From the NCBI GenBank assembly GCA_963845755.1, contig CAWJTV010000031.1, forward strand, positions 192,001 through 256,000: DNA of 64,000 nt. The letters run 5' to 3'. Of the stretch, positions 63,904-64,000 are shown one piece after another (the first letter of the stretch is position 1; every line of letters starts with the position of its first letter). This DNA comes from an uncultured Planctomycetota bacterium. Lineage in GTDB: Bacteria > Planctomycetota > Planctomycetia > Isosphaerales > Isosphaeraceae. The notes below the pieces were generated by a model that saw only the letters and a program-made list of their open reading frames with translations, was not told the origin of the DNA and did not search any database. Made by a program: the position numbers and the translations under genes.

Positions 63904-64000
63904 CCCGAGTCGCGCGTGCTTCGAAACTCGTCCAAAGGCTGAAGAACCGGCACCGGGCTTGCGGCATAATACTGACTGGAGGAATCGGGGGACAAAGCTC

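Noticed and set aside
1..64000. rRNA, tRNA, transposase, integrase or phage genes
   Set aside because: None recognised by eye; a covariance-model scan would be needed to exclude small RNAs.

Overview
High-GC bacterial DNA whose gene content (DUF1501 and DUF1549/DUF1553 pairs, LEPR-XLL-type N-termini, an ECF sigma factor next to a Ser/Thr kinase) points to a planctomycete, possibly Isosphaeraceae-like; this is inferred from gene families only. Many genes are split by single-base frameshifts, including housekeeping ones such as ptsI and MoxR. This most likely reflects long-read indel errors, so genes are reported here as joined units. In order, the window holds: a minus-strand DUF1549/1553-DUF1501-PPC cluster; a CrtI/CrtD-like desaturase plus a membrane di-iron desaturase/hydroxylase; a secreted beta-helix protein with three unnamed repeats; a decayed nucleotidyltransferase cassette; sialidase-MFS-NCS2 genes; PTS enzyme I; a second DUF1553/DUF1501 pair; a PEP-CTERM protein; two LEPR-XLL proteins with an ECF sigma factor and TPR kinase; a Rieske/cytochrome b operon; and a ~20 kb MoxR/DUF58/vWA/prenyltransferase-fold operon. 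The best candidate for an uncharacterised system is the Rieske/cytochrome b operon. It has a consensus sigma54 promoter, a Rieske protein with a repeat-bearing N-terminal arm, a split b6-type cytochrome b with an APWY Qo motif, an octaheme cytochrome c and two tandem cupredoxin-like exported proteins. Other notable signals are a ~540 bp identical tract shared by two otherwise diverged tandem paralogs, three different REP-like palindrome families, and additional sigma54-like promoters. I saw no rRNA, tRNA, CRISPR array or transposase.
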